Positions 28,613 through 36,317 are shown, numbered from the stretch's first letter. The stretch: DNA of 39,243 bases from Candidatus Bathyarchaeia archaeon (GCA_049970895.1 JBMFMB010000015.1:1-39243); one strand, 5' to 3'. The notes: generated by a model from the letters alone, not told the origin. Numbers and translations are program-made.

Positions 28613-28948
28613 CTAGTGGGGTTCTTGTATGCCAAGCACAACCATGCGTTCTTTGCTTCTTATACCTCTAGCCACGTTTGCTGGGACAAAGACCATTTGA
28701 ACACTGGATAAGTCGGCTTTTTCCTTGCCAACAGTGAAAGTTCCAGAGCCTTCAACAACATAGAAGCACACGTCGTAGGGTTCGGGTCTGGATGGAATTT
28801 CCTGCCCAAAGTCAAGGGAGAGAAGCATAAGGTTGAAATTTCTCGTCTTTAACAAGTCTTTTTTGACGCGTCGACGCTTCTCCATAGAATCCAATAAGCC
28901 TTTATCCTGCGAATACCCTACAAGCTTTCTCAAATCTATTACATCCAT
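28613..28948 (-). CDS. Cupin-domain protein (canonical His ligands absent)
   Basis: FYVVEGSGTFTVG..VFVPANVARGI cupin spacing. Confidence 0.8.
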   Translation of the reverse strand: MDVIDLRKLVGYSQDKGLLDSMEKRRRVKKDLLKTRNFNLMLLSLDFGQEIPSRPEPYDVCFYVVEGSGTFTVGKEKADLSSVQMVFVPANVARGIRSKERMVVLGIQEPH

Positions 28949-29004
28949 TTCTCTTCCATCTTATTTTGTGATTTCGAAATTGGAAAGGGGGGATTTTGGT
29001 GGTA

Positions 29005-29202
29005 TTAGCGTTTTAGGGCTTCTAGACGCTTGTTGATTTTCTCAATTCTTTTTGTTAGGGCTTCCTTGTATTCTTCCAGCATTTTTATTTCCTCTTCAAC
29101 GTCCATTATTGGCCATGGTAAGCCCATATAGTGCTTATGTTCGTGTTCATGCTCGTGGTGGTGATGGTGCCTTTCCATTCCACAACAGCAGCATCTACAC
29201 AT
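29005..29202 (-). CDS. Small Cys/His-rich protein with C-terminal coiled coil (DUF5320-like)
   Basis: MCRCCCCG..HHHHHEHEHEHKH..EEEIKMLEEYKEAL..RIEKINKRL; GGAGGTGA RBS at 29211-29218. Confidence 0.75.
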   Translation of the reverse strand: MCRCCCCGMERHHHHHEHEHEHKHYMGLPWPIMDVEEEIKMLEEYKEALTKRIEKINKRLEALKR

Positions 29203-29599
29203 CTGGCTTTTCACCTCCCTTCCCACTTTTTTCAAAATTTTCATAATAAAATTTCACAAGATCTTCAAACAGCCTCTTCCGCTTGACTATGGATGCCAGC
29301 CCCATTTTTAGGGCTTCAACGCCTTTGCCAGTAAGCCTATAGACGCGCCTGTCTGGGCCCCCTTCAACCTTCTCCCATTGCGACTCCAGTAGGCCACGTT
29401 CTTCCATCCGTCTTAGGAGCGTGTATATGGAACCTGGCTCTAGCCTGTGGCATCCGCAGCTTCGCTCCTCAATTTCTTCTAGGAGTTGGTAGCCGTGCAT
29501 TGGCTTTTCATAAAGTACTCGCATTATTAGGAATTGTATCCATCCCCGTTCTGGGTATTCGTGCCAGCATCCGCAGTGATGCCTACTTGGTCCGCACAT
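29195..29599 (-). CDS. PadR-family transcriptional regulator with Cys/His-rich N-terminus
   Basis: PMHGYQL, GSIYTLLRRMEERGL, RRVYRLT.KG motifs. Confidence 0.92.
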   Translation of the reverse strand: MCGPSRHHCGCWHEYPERGWIQFLIMRVLYEKPMHGYQLLEEIEERSCGCHRLEPGSIYTLLRRMEERGLLESQWEKVEGGPDRRVYRLTGKGVEALKMGLASIVKRKRLFEDLVKFYYENFEKSGKGGEKPDV

Positions 29600-29612
29600 T
29601 TTAATCGCTAGA

Positions 29613-29623
29613 TAACAATGTTA
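29613..29623. promoter_or_regulatory. TAACA-A-TGTTA palindrome between the TATA-like box and padR start (candidate PadR operator)
   Basis: Perfect 5-1-5 palindrome next to minus-strand TTATATAT. Confidence 0.4.
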
Positions 29624-29649
29624 CATATATAAGTGTTACGCATTTAAAG

Positions 29650-29668
29650 GAAACAATAAATTTAAATC
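29650..29668 (+). promoter_or_regulatory. BRE/TATA-like promoter element, copy 1 (GAAACAATAAATTTAAATC)
   Basis: Identical 19-mer at 30296-30314; both copies lie 32-38 bp before an ATG. Confidence 0.65.
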
Positions 29669-29700
29669 CTTAAATATGAAGATAATGCTGAGGAAAACGC

Positions 29701-29835
29701 ATGAGCGAAACAAAACAGAGTAAAATTGAATGCGATCATGAGTGGAAGGCTGAAGGGCTAACAGAAGACAAGTCCCATGTTAAGCTTGTCTGTGTGAAGT
29801 GCGGCGCAAAAAAGGAGATTGAACTGTTTCCATAA
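29701..29835 (+). CDS. 44-aa CxH...CxxC zinc-ribbon microprotein (not in ORF track)
   Basis: MSETKQSKIECDHEWKAEGLTEDKSHVKLVCVKCGAKKEIELFP; downstream of promoter copy 1, GAGG upstream. Confidence 0.7.
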   Translation: MSETKQSKIECDHEWKAEGLTEDKSHVKLVCVKCGAKKEIELFP

Positions 29836-29893
29836 GAAGCGTTGAAGTGTGCAAGCCTTAAATGGAAAAACGAAACTATTGGATGAGGAAGCC

Positions 29894-30244
29894 ATGCAGT
29901 CAAAGGAACGTTCAGGTGAAGGCGTTGTCAAAATTAGGAGTTGGGCTGAGTTTAAGCGTCTAGCCGAAAGCCTAAAGCCAAAAGCCGTAGTCTACAACAT
30001 AGAACAGAACGGCCTATCGCCAGAAAGAGAATTGACAAATTTGAGGCTTATACTGCCAGCTGGATCAGCCTACTATGTTTTGATAGATTCTCCGAGAGGC
30101 GAGGAAAGGCTTAAGGAGACTGGCATACCACTGCGGAAAGACGAGAAAGGAAACCGTTACTTGGAGGAGGAAGACGTCATAAAATTCTTGAAGGAGCAGT
30201 TTAAACGCGAAGACCTAATCATATGCTCATACTGGACCATTTAA
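29894..30244 (+). CDS. Hypothetical protein
   Basis: Protein-like ORF with GAGG RBS before ATG 29894 (frame open from 29849); no recognised motif. Confidence 0.65.
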   Translation: MQSKERSGEGVVKIRSWAEFKRLAESLKPKAVVYNIEQNGLSPERELTNLRLILPAGSAYYVLIDSPRGEERLKETGIPLRKDEKGNRYLEEEDVIKFLKEQFKREDLIICSYWTI

Positions 30245-30278
30245 TACATTAGGCTATGTCAGATTTAACGCATTTTTC

Positions 30279-30299
30279 TTTCAGAAAGGATTTCTGAAA
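30279..30299. repeat. Perfect 9-3-9 inverted repeat TTTCAGAAA-GGA-TTTCTGAAA
   Basis: Seen directly; overlaps the start of promoter copy 2 and follows a T-run. Confidence 0.6.
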
Positions 30300-30314
30300 C
30301 AATAAATTTAAATC
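30296..30314 (+). promoter_or_regulatory. BRE/TATA-like promoter element, copy 2
   Basis: Identical to 29650-29668. Confidence 0.65.
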
Positions 30315-30352
30315 TTTGAATATATGCAAATATCACCTAAAGGTGAAAGAAT

Positions 30353-30733
30353 ATGAGTGAAAGGAAATTGCCAAGATTTATAATGTGTTTCTGTACTGGT
30401 GAGTGCCCTGGATTCGCAAAGTTGGATTTGTGGAAGTTGATAAACTTTGTTAGGAACGAGCTTGACGTGGAGTACGCCATAATTCATCCACAACTATGCG
30501 TCACAGATGGAGACAACTTTTTCAGGGATTACTTGAAGGAAACGGATAAGGATAAGATATACATTATAGGCGGTTGCGACCCTAGGATGCAAAGGAAAAT
30601 GTTCAAGGATGCCTTTGCTGAGAAAGGTTTGGACTTTGATAAGCAAGTAATTTCTTTGGATTTGAGGAATATGGAAACTGCAGAGGCTATGAAGAAGGTT
30701 GAGGAAGCTGTAAGTAAGGTGGTTGGCGCATAA
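30353..30733 (+). CDS. Stand-alone HdrA N-terminal-like domain protein
   Basis: CFC..C, LC, GGCDP, LDLRN spacing parallels HdrA N-terminal CxCG..LC..AACSP..NIRE. Confidence 0.65.
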   Translation: MSERKLPRFIMCFCTGECPGFAKLDLWKLINFVRNELDVEYAIIHPQLCVTDGDNFFRDYLKETDKDKIYIIGGCDPRMQRKMFKDAFAEKGLDFDKQVISLDLRNMETAEAMKKVEEAVSKVVGA

Positions 30734-30734
30734 T

Positions 30735-31097
30735 ATGGGCGAGGAAAAGAAGGAGAAGTACCTCGCTGAGGAGCGGTACTACGGACCTAAGGTTATGGCT
30801 CCACAGAACCCCTTCGGACTGCCTAGAAAGGAGATTAAATGGTACCCGACAATTGACTATAGCAAATGCGACCCAAAAGTATGCGACTACTTCTGCGTTG
30901 ACTATTGCCACATGAGAGTTTACAAACGTGTAGGAGACAAAGTTTTTGTCGACGACCCATACAACTGTAATGTGCCGAGCCAGTCATGCGCCCCAAGATG
31001 CCCAACGGGAGCCATAAGCTTCCCATCGCAAGAGGAGTTAAAACGCCAACTTAGGGAGTTAAGAAAGAAGTATGGATACGTCACAACCAATCCGTAG
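30735..31097 (+). CDS. 4Fe-4S dicluster ferredoxin-like protein (second motif Cys>Ser)
   Basis: WYPTID..CDPKVCDYFCVDYC and CNVPSQSCAPRCP motifs. Confidence 0.8.
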   Translation: MGEEKKEKYLAEERYYGPKVMAPQNPFGLPRKEIKWYPTIDYSKCDPKVCDYFCVDYCHMRVYKRVGDKVFVDDPYNCNVPSQSCAPRCPTGAISFPSQEELKRQLRELRKKYGYVTTNP

Positions 31098-31116
31098 CAA
31101 GCAAAAACACTAGAAG

Positions 31117-31410
31117 ATGAGAGTCGTGGGCGAGGAGAAGACGTATTTAGGAATACCAAGAAAGGAGATTAAATGGTATCCATCAATTAATCATGAACTT
31201 TGCACTGGCTGCGGAATTTGTGTGGAATTCTGCCACGAACACGTTTACGAAAAGCAAGGTGACAAGGCAGTTGTTGCTAGACCTTACGATTGCCTGGTGG
31301 GCTGTGAATCATGCAGACCGCGATGCCCAGTGGGAGCTATAAGTTTCCCTTCAAGGCAGGAACTTAAACAGATGCTTAGAGAACTACGGGAGAAATACGG
31401 ATACGGTTAA
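31117..31410 (+). CDS. 2x[4Fe-4S] ferredoxin
   Basis: CTGCGICVEFC and CLVGCESCRPRCP motifs. Confidence 0.9.
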   Translation: MRVVGEEKTYLGIPRKEIKWYPSINHELCTGCGICVEFCHEHVYEKQGDKAVVARPYDCLVGCESCRPRCPVGAISFPSRQELKQMLRELREKYGYG

Positions 31411-31799
31411 GGCTTGGCAAAATCCCACTTAAGCATACTTTCTATCATTTTTGGATTTTTAATGCTGTAGTATACCCATCTGCCCTCTTTTCTGCCCTTC
31501 ACCAGTCCAGCGTTTTCCAGTATTTTCAAATGATGAGAGGCTGTTGGCTGTGTTAGGTCAAGGGCTATCATAATTTCGCAGACACACATTTCCCGTACGC
31601 CTAAAAGCTTCAAAATCCTAAGCCTCGTCGTATCAGCCAACGCCTTAAAAAGTTTACATCGCTCCTCAGCCTCATTAACCCTTGCCACATCATCAGCGAG
31701 CTGCCTCAATTCCGCCGCATACTTTTGTGGATCTTCATGAGGGCAAAGTCCGGAACTTATCAGCCGCATAAGCCTCTTATCTATTTTAGACTCAAACAT
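31407..31799 (-). CDS. ArsR/SmtB-family metalloregulator
   Basis: FKALADTTRLRIL, EMCVCEI, SHHLKIL..AGLV..RKEGRWVYY; N-terminal CPH. Confidence 0.92.
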   Translation of the reverse strand: MFESKIDKRLMRLISSGLCPHEDPQKYAAELRQLADDVARVNEAEERCKLFKALADTTRLRILKLLGVREMCVCEIMIALDLTQPTASHHLKILENAGLVKGRKEGRWVYYSIKNPKMIESMLKWDFAKP

Positions 31800-31854
31800 T
31801 TTGGTTTCCCCTAGTAATAGTGAGATTAAAATATTTAAATACATTTTGAAGCTG

Positions 31855-32436
31855 CTACTTCAGTTTAATAGGATTCATCATCCTTTCTATTTGAAACTTA
31901 TAATTGCTGTACTCCTTAGAATCTAGTGGAGGGCAATCCCCCAATGTTTTTTCGCCATTTAGGAGTTTGGCCGCAAAAGTGAAACAGCTTTGTTCACCGC
32001 ACATTTTGCAGTTCGTTTTCGGCAGAAGCTCGTAAATCTTTGTTGCCGTTAGCTCTTTCTTTGCTTGAACAGCTTCGGGATTTGGTTTTCCATGGGTTTT
32101 AAGGTATATTATGGCGCGGTTTATAAGGCGCCTAGCCTCTTCCACGAGCTGGTTTGCCTCGTTCCGGTCTTTAACATAGGTCATGGTGATTCTGCCGTTA
32201 GCAAAAATTGTTATCAAATGCTGTTGGTACATGTAGCTTAGTGCGCCAAGCTTTTCAGAGTATTTGGCGTTTGGAATAGCCAAATAAAGGATTGGCAAAA
32301 CATCCCCCAAGGGCTTGTCAGCTTGAGCCCAAAACTTTATCCTTTCAGGATCAGCCGTACAAGGCGAAATCTCCTTAATCTCAACCTTTTTAACAATGGC
32401 ATCTGCAAATAAAAGTTCCTCAAATTCACTACTCAT
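31855..32436 (-). CDS. Fe-S-binding protein with C-terminal AcsC/RnfB-type FeS domain, paralog 1
   Basis: LPKTNCKMCGEQSCFTFA..CPPL; N-terminal PC motif. Confidence 0.82.
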   Translation of the reverse strand: MSSEFEELLFADAIVKKVEIKEISPCTADPERIKFWAQADKPLGDVLPILYLAIPNAKYSEKLGALSYMYQQHLITIFANGRITMTYVKDRNEANQLVEEARRLINRAIIYLKTHGKPNPEAVQAKKELTATKIYELLPKTNCKMCGEQSCFTFAAKLLNGEKTLGDCPPLDSKEYSNYKFQIERMMNPIKLK

Positions 32437-32440
32437 CCAT

Positions 32441-32992
32441 TTACGCTCCCAGCTCCAGCTTTATTGGCTGTATCATTTTCTCTAATTGTTCTCTGTTAAC
32501 CGTGTATTTTGGTTGTTGGATTTGGGTGCATTCCTGTAGAGTTTTCTCTCCGTTTGCGAGTTTTACGGCGAAGGGGAAACATCCCTGTTCTCCGCATTCC
32601 TTGCAGTTTATTTTAGGCAGAAGCCTGTATATCTCAATGGGGTTGAGCTTTTGTTTAGCCTCTAAAAGCTTTGGGTCTGGAGAACCATGCCTCTCATAAT
32701 ACTCATAAGCCTTGTCCAGTACAACCTTCAACTTTTCTAAGAGTCTTAGAGCTATTTCCTCCCTCAAAACACAGCCTAACTTAATCTTTCCATCAGAGTA
32801 AACTGTTACAAGCTTACCGTCTATTAGGAATGTGACGGAGCCGAAGGCTTTAGCATACTGCGAATGAGGTATAGCCAGAAAAAGTATGGGAACAATCTCG
32901 CTTAGAGGCTTGTCTGCTTGGGCTGTTATCTGGAGCTTTCTAGGCTCTAATAGGCAAGGGGTCTTTTCCGTAATGCTGATTTCATAAGCCAT
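32441..32992 (-). CDS. Fe-S-binding protein with C-terminal AcsC/RnfB-type FeS domain, paralog 2
   Basis: LPKINCKECGEQGCFPFA..C; shares AQADKPL..PIL.LAIP with paralog 1. Confidence 0.82.
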   Translation of the reverse strand: MAYEISITEKTPCLLEPRKLQITAQADKPLSEIVPILFLAIPHSQYAKAFGSVTFLIDGKLVTVYSDGKIKLGCVLREEIALRLLEKLKVVLDKAYEYYERHGSPDPKLLEAKQKLNPIEIYRLLPKINCKECGEQGCFPFAVKLANGEKTLQECTQIQQPKYTVNREQLEKMIQPIKLELGA

Positions 32993-33005
32993 AATCTCAA
33001 ATCAC

Positions 33006-33398
33006 TTACAGTTTCGCTTCTTTGATGACAACTTCTGCTATTTTCTTAACATCCGCCTCATAAATGTCAAGGGTTGGCACCTTCTGCAAATACTTTGAAA
33101 TGTCAATTTCATAATCTATCCTTTTCCCAGCCTTCTCCAAGACTTTTGACGCGCATCTGTTACCGCACCCGTTTATAACAATGTTTTTCATGGCTTTCTC
33201 TGCTATTTCTAAGTGGGGTTTTGAGTTAGCCGCCACAGCTGTTGTGCAGCACATCCTCGCCTTATCAAGATTTGTCAGCAAAACGCCTACGGCGTGTCCT
33301 ATTTGGCCGACGTTGGCTGCTCCGTCGCAAACCCAGACCACATTTTCATGTTCGGCAACTTTATAGCATAATGGAAGAATTTTTGGCTGAACTGTCAT
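33006..33398 (-). CDS. DGC-domain putative zinc-binding protein (NGC variant)
   Basis: CDGAANVGQ, MCC, INGCGNRCA motifs. Confidence 0.85.
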   Translation of the reverse strand: MTVQPKILPLCYKVAEHENVVWVCDGAANVGQIGHAVGVLLTNLDKARMCCTTAVAANSKPHLEIAEKAMKNIVINGCGNRCASKVLEKAGKRIDYEIDISKYLQKVPTLDIYEADVKKIAEVVIKEAKL

Positions 33399-33400
33399 GC

Positions 33401-33844
33401 TTATTTCTCCATAATCGCCTTTATAATCAGTTCTTTAGCCTTCTTTATGTCTTCTTGGGAAATGTATTTTTCAACGCCTAAGCCCTTTCCAATGTCCGTG
33501 TGCAACGCTATCTTCTTCATGCCTATGTCCCTGGCAAGGACTATGCTTTTTGATATCTTGAAGCCAGCAGCCTCTATGGTTTTTCTGGCACATTCAAAGG
33601 GGCAACCATCCACAGTTATTATCTTCTTTGCAGCCTTAGCTTTGCCCAAGACGGGCTTAACACCAAGAGGCACCGAAGGCAAGCAGCCAATAGCCACTTT
33701 CTCCAAGCCCAACTCCCTGACAACTTCCAAACATGCCAATGCGCTTGTTAATCCGGTGTTAGATAAGCCGCCAAAACAAGAGAACAATATGTTCTCATGG
33801 GTCGGCATGCCTTCCTGCCATTCTCCCTCCCTAGACATTAACAT
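33401..33844 (-). CDS. DGC-domain putative zinc-binding protein
   Basis: CFGGLSNTG, GCL, VDGCPFECA motifs. Confidence 0.85.
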   Translation of the reverse strand: MLMSREGEWQEGMPTHENILFSCFGGLSNTGLTSALACLEVVRELGLEKVAIGCLPSVPLGVKPVLGKAKAAKKIITVDGCPFECARKTIEAAGFKISKSIVLARDIGMKKIALHTDIGKGLGVEKYISQEDIKKAKELIIKAIMEK

Positions 33845-33854
33845 TCAGCACCTC

Positions 33855-34115
33855 CTACTGCACACCTGCCTCCCTTAAGGCTTCTTTGAAGGTTTCCTCG
33901 CTTGGGCAGACGCCTATGATGCGGATGTCCTTGTCGATTACGACGGCGGGGCTTGCGTTTATGCCATATTCGCTTAGCTTCTGGTTCACTCCACGATAAA
34001 TTTCAATTTCAATTTTGTCCTTATACTCCTCTCTTATCTTCTCTATCAATTTTAGCAGCAGTCTTCCACCCGAGCATGGCGGCTCCGAAGTGAAAACTTC
34101 AACTTTTACTGGCAT
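33855..34115 (-). CDS. Thioredoxin-like protein, monothiol (CSGG)
   Basis: VEVFTSEPPCSGG, YGINASPAVVI, GVCPS. Confidence 0.8.
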   Translation of the reverse strand: MPVKVEVFTSEPPCSGGRLLLKLIEKIREEYKDKIEIEIYRGVNQKLSEYGINASPAVVIDKDIRIIGVCPSEETFKEALREAGVQ

Positions 34116-34377
34116 GTTTAAACCTCATTTCTTTAAGCGCTGCTTCAATGGTTTGCATGCTTGGGCAGACGCCCATAATCTTTATTTTGCCTTCGTTGAA
34201 GACTATGGCTGGAACCACTGTTATGCCATACTTTCCAAACTCTTCGCATGGTCCAACATGCTTAATCACTTCCACCCTGTCGCCATACTTCGCCTTAATC
34301 AGGTCCGCGTACTCCAAGAGTTTTAGGCAACCGGCACACGGCGGCTCAGCCGTAAAAGTTTCAACCTTCACAACCAT
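34099..34377 (-). CDS. Thioredoxin-like protein (CAGC)
   Basis: VETFTAEPPCAGC, YGITVVPAIV, GVCPS. Confidence 0.85.
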   Translation of the reverse strand: MVVKVETFTAEPPCAGCLKLLEYADLIKAKYGDRVEVIKHVGPCEEFGKYGITVVPAIVFNEGKIKIMGVCPSMQTIEAALKEMRFKHASKS

Positions 34378-34388
34378 TTAGCAACACC

Positions 34389-34712
34389 TTAAACTATTTG
34401 CTCAACAACATGCTTTACAAGTGCATCCACGAAATTGACATCAACAGCATCAATCACCTTGAAAACGGCTGGATTAGTCACAGAGTAAAAGCGCCTGTTC
34501 CCTTCCCTTCTGTCTCTGACAAGCCCACATCTTTTAAGAATGGCAAGATGCCTAGAGACCAGCGGTTGGGTTATCCCCACATAGGGGACGATTTCGCAGA
34601 CGCATCTTTCGCCACCACGTAAAAATTCGAGAATTTTAAGCCTCACCGGGTCGGCTAGCGCATTAAAGACTTTAGCCCTAAACTTTTCCATGTTTTTCAT
34701 TTTTGGATGCAC
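34389..34712 (-). CDS. ArsR/SmtB-family metalloregulator
   Basis: FNALADPVRLKIL, ERCVCEI, SRHLAIL..GLV..RREG..FY; start could be 34700. Confidence 0.92.
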   Translation of the reverse strand: MHPKMKNMEKFRAKVFNALADPVRLKILEFLRGGERCVCEIVPYVGITQPLVSRHLAILKRCGLVRDRREGNRRFYSVTNPAVFKVIDAVDVNFVDALVKHVVEQIV

Positions 34713-34727
34713 GTTTAAAGCAAAGTC

Positions 34728-34753
34728 TATAACAATATTTAAATATTGCTATA
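34728..34753. promoter_or_regulatory. 26-bp near-perfect palindrome centred on a bidirectional TATA (candidate ArsR operator)
   Basis: TATAACAATATTTAAATATTGCTATA with perfect 16-bp core at 34733-34748, between divergent arsR and trx-permease operons. Confidence 0.7.
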
Positions 34754-34783
34754 CTCCTTCACATTCTCCAGGGTGAAAACCAC

Positions 34784-35056
34784 ATGAAAGAAGTAAAAGT
34801 CGAGGTTATTGGGACCGAACCGCCTTGCATGCGTTGCCAAGCGACAAGAAAAGCCGTGGAAAAAGCTGCTGTGAAGCTTAAGCAAGCTGGTGTCATGGTG
34901 AACATTGAAAAGGCGAACATAATGTCGAAGGAGGTTGTCCAAAAATACGGCGTTTTGGTTTCGCCAGCCGTAGCCATAAACAACACGGTCAAAATCATGG
35001 GGCGGGTTCCAAGCCCAGAGGAAGTTGAAAAGCTGATTATGGAAGAAGCCAAATAG
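34784..35056 (+). CDS. Small redox-active disulfide (thioredoxin-like) protein (CMRC)
   Basis: VEVIGTEPPCMRC, KYGVLVSPAVAIN..GRVPS. Confidence 0.88.
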   Translation: MKEVKVEVIGTEPPCMRCQATRKAVEKAAVKLKQAGVMVNIEKANIMSKEVVQKYGVLVSPAVAINNTVKIMGRVPSPEEVEKLIMEEAK

Positions 35057-35071
35057 AAGGCGAAAAAGCAT

Positions 35072-36106
35072 ATGGAGGAAAAAACTAAGGGGGCTATCAG
35101 AGCTGGCGTAATCCTAGCCTTCGTAGCTGTTGTAATAGGGCTTTTAATCTACAGCCGCATAGTGGCTTATTCAATGGCGCCGCAATCAAAACCCATTGAT
35201 TTACGCCCGCTCCCATTATGGGAGATTCCCATAGTCTACCTCATCGACTACTTCAGCCATGGAACAATATGCCTACTCTTCGCCTTCACAGTCGCAGGCC
35301 TAATCTACGAGTTTGTGCCAAAAGAGGCTATCACAAAATACATGGGAAGCAGCAAAGCAGTAGGCTATGCGCTAGCCCTTGGGATGGCACCCTTCCTAAC
35401 AGTTTGCTCATGCACAATGGTCCCCCTATTCGGCGGAGTTCTATACGCAGGAGCAGGAATTGGTCCAGCAATAACATTCCTTCTAATGGCGCCAGCGGCA
35501 AACATTCTAACAATTCTATTAACTGGCGAGATGATTTCTTGGGAGGTTGCCGGCATCCGCATAATAGCATCAGCAACAACCGCACTGGTTGCTGGCATAA
35601 TAATTTCAAAGACACCGTGGGGCAAAGCCGTCGAAAAAGAACACCAAATAGCCAATGCAGCTTCAGCCAAAGTGGAAATTGTTAAACCCCCATTGGACGA
35701 GAGACTTTGGGCTGCTCTGAAATTTGCGGGATACTTGGCAAAACAGATCCTCCCGTTCTTCATAATTGGCTTGATTGCAGTAAGCTATGTTGAAGCATTC
35801 CTACCAGAAGACATTGTCGGAACATACTTAACGGGAGTCACCGGAATACTAATTGCCTCGGTGCTCGGCGGACCGCTCTACACTCCAACGCTTGTTGAAG
35901 TTGTTTTGGGCAAAGCCATGTGGGATTTAGGCATGTCAAAAGGTGCACTTTTAAGCTGGCTTATGGGACAGCCCTACGACGTAGCCAACGCCATGGCTGT
36001 TTCAAGAATAGCCAAGTGGAAAGTTGTTCTAACATACATGTTTATAGCTTGGGCTGGAAGCGTAGCCTTTGGACTGCTGTACGGCGTGTTAAGCGGGTCG
36101 CTGTAG
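35072..36106 (+). CDS. ArsP/DUF318-family permease
   Basis: ~8-9 TM segments with internal two-fold repeat, VCSCTMVP and FLLMAP motifs; ArsR/thioredoxin context. Confidence 0.85.
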   Translation: MEEKTKGAIRAGVILAFVAVVIGLLIYSRIVAYSMAPQSKPIDLRPLPLWEIPIVYLIDYFSHGTICLLFAFTVAGLIYEFVPKEAITKYMGSSKAVGYALALGMAPFLTVCSCTMVPLFGGVLYAGAGIGPAITFLLMAPAANILTILLTGEMISWEVAGIRIIASATTALVAGIIISKTPWGKAVEKEHQIANAASAKVEIVKPPLDERLWAALKFAGYLAKQILPFFIIGLIAVSYVEAFLPEDIVGTYLTGVTGILIASVLGGPLYTPTLVEVVLGKAMWDLGMSKGALLSWLMGQPYDVANAMAVSRIAKWKVVLTYMFIAWAGSVAFGLLYGVLSGSL

Positions 36107-36109
36107 GCC

Positions 36110-36310
36110 ATGACAGGCGAAAACGATTTCGGAATTAAGCGTCCATGCCCATGCGCCCAAGAGGCGGTGGCCGCCTTAAAGACTATTCAGCCAATAAAAG
36201 AGGGCATGCTAAAAGAAGTGCGGTGCAAGGGCTGCGGTAAAACTTTCCTAACAAACTTTGACACGGAATACTGTTATGACTGCCGCAAAAAACTGAAAAT
36301 GGAAGTGTGA
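36110..36310 (+). CDS. Small CPC + CxxC-x12-CxxC zinc-finger protein
   Basis: PCPCAQ, CKGC-x12-CYDC; tight operon spacing. Confidence 0.75.
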   Translation: MTGENDFGIKRPCPCAQEAVAALKTIQPIKEGMLKEVRCKGCGKTFLTNFDTEYCYDCRKKLKMEV

Positions 36311-36317
36311 AAAACCC

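Noticed and set aside
33855-34115. Selenocysteine recoding in the island's redox proteins (CSGG uses GGA, one base from TGA)
   Set aside because: No in-frame TGA in these ORFs and no SECIS recognised; the frames are complete as read
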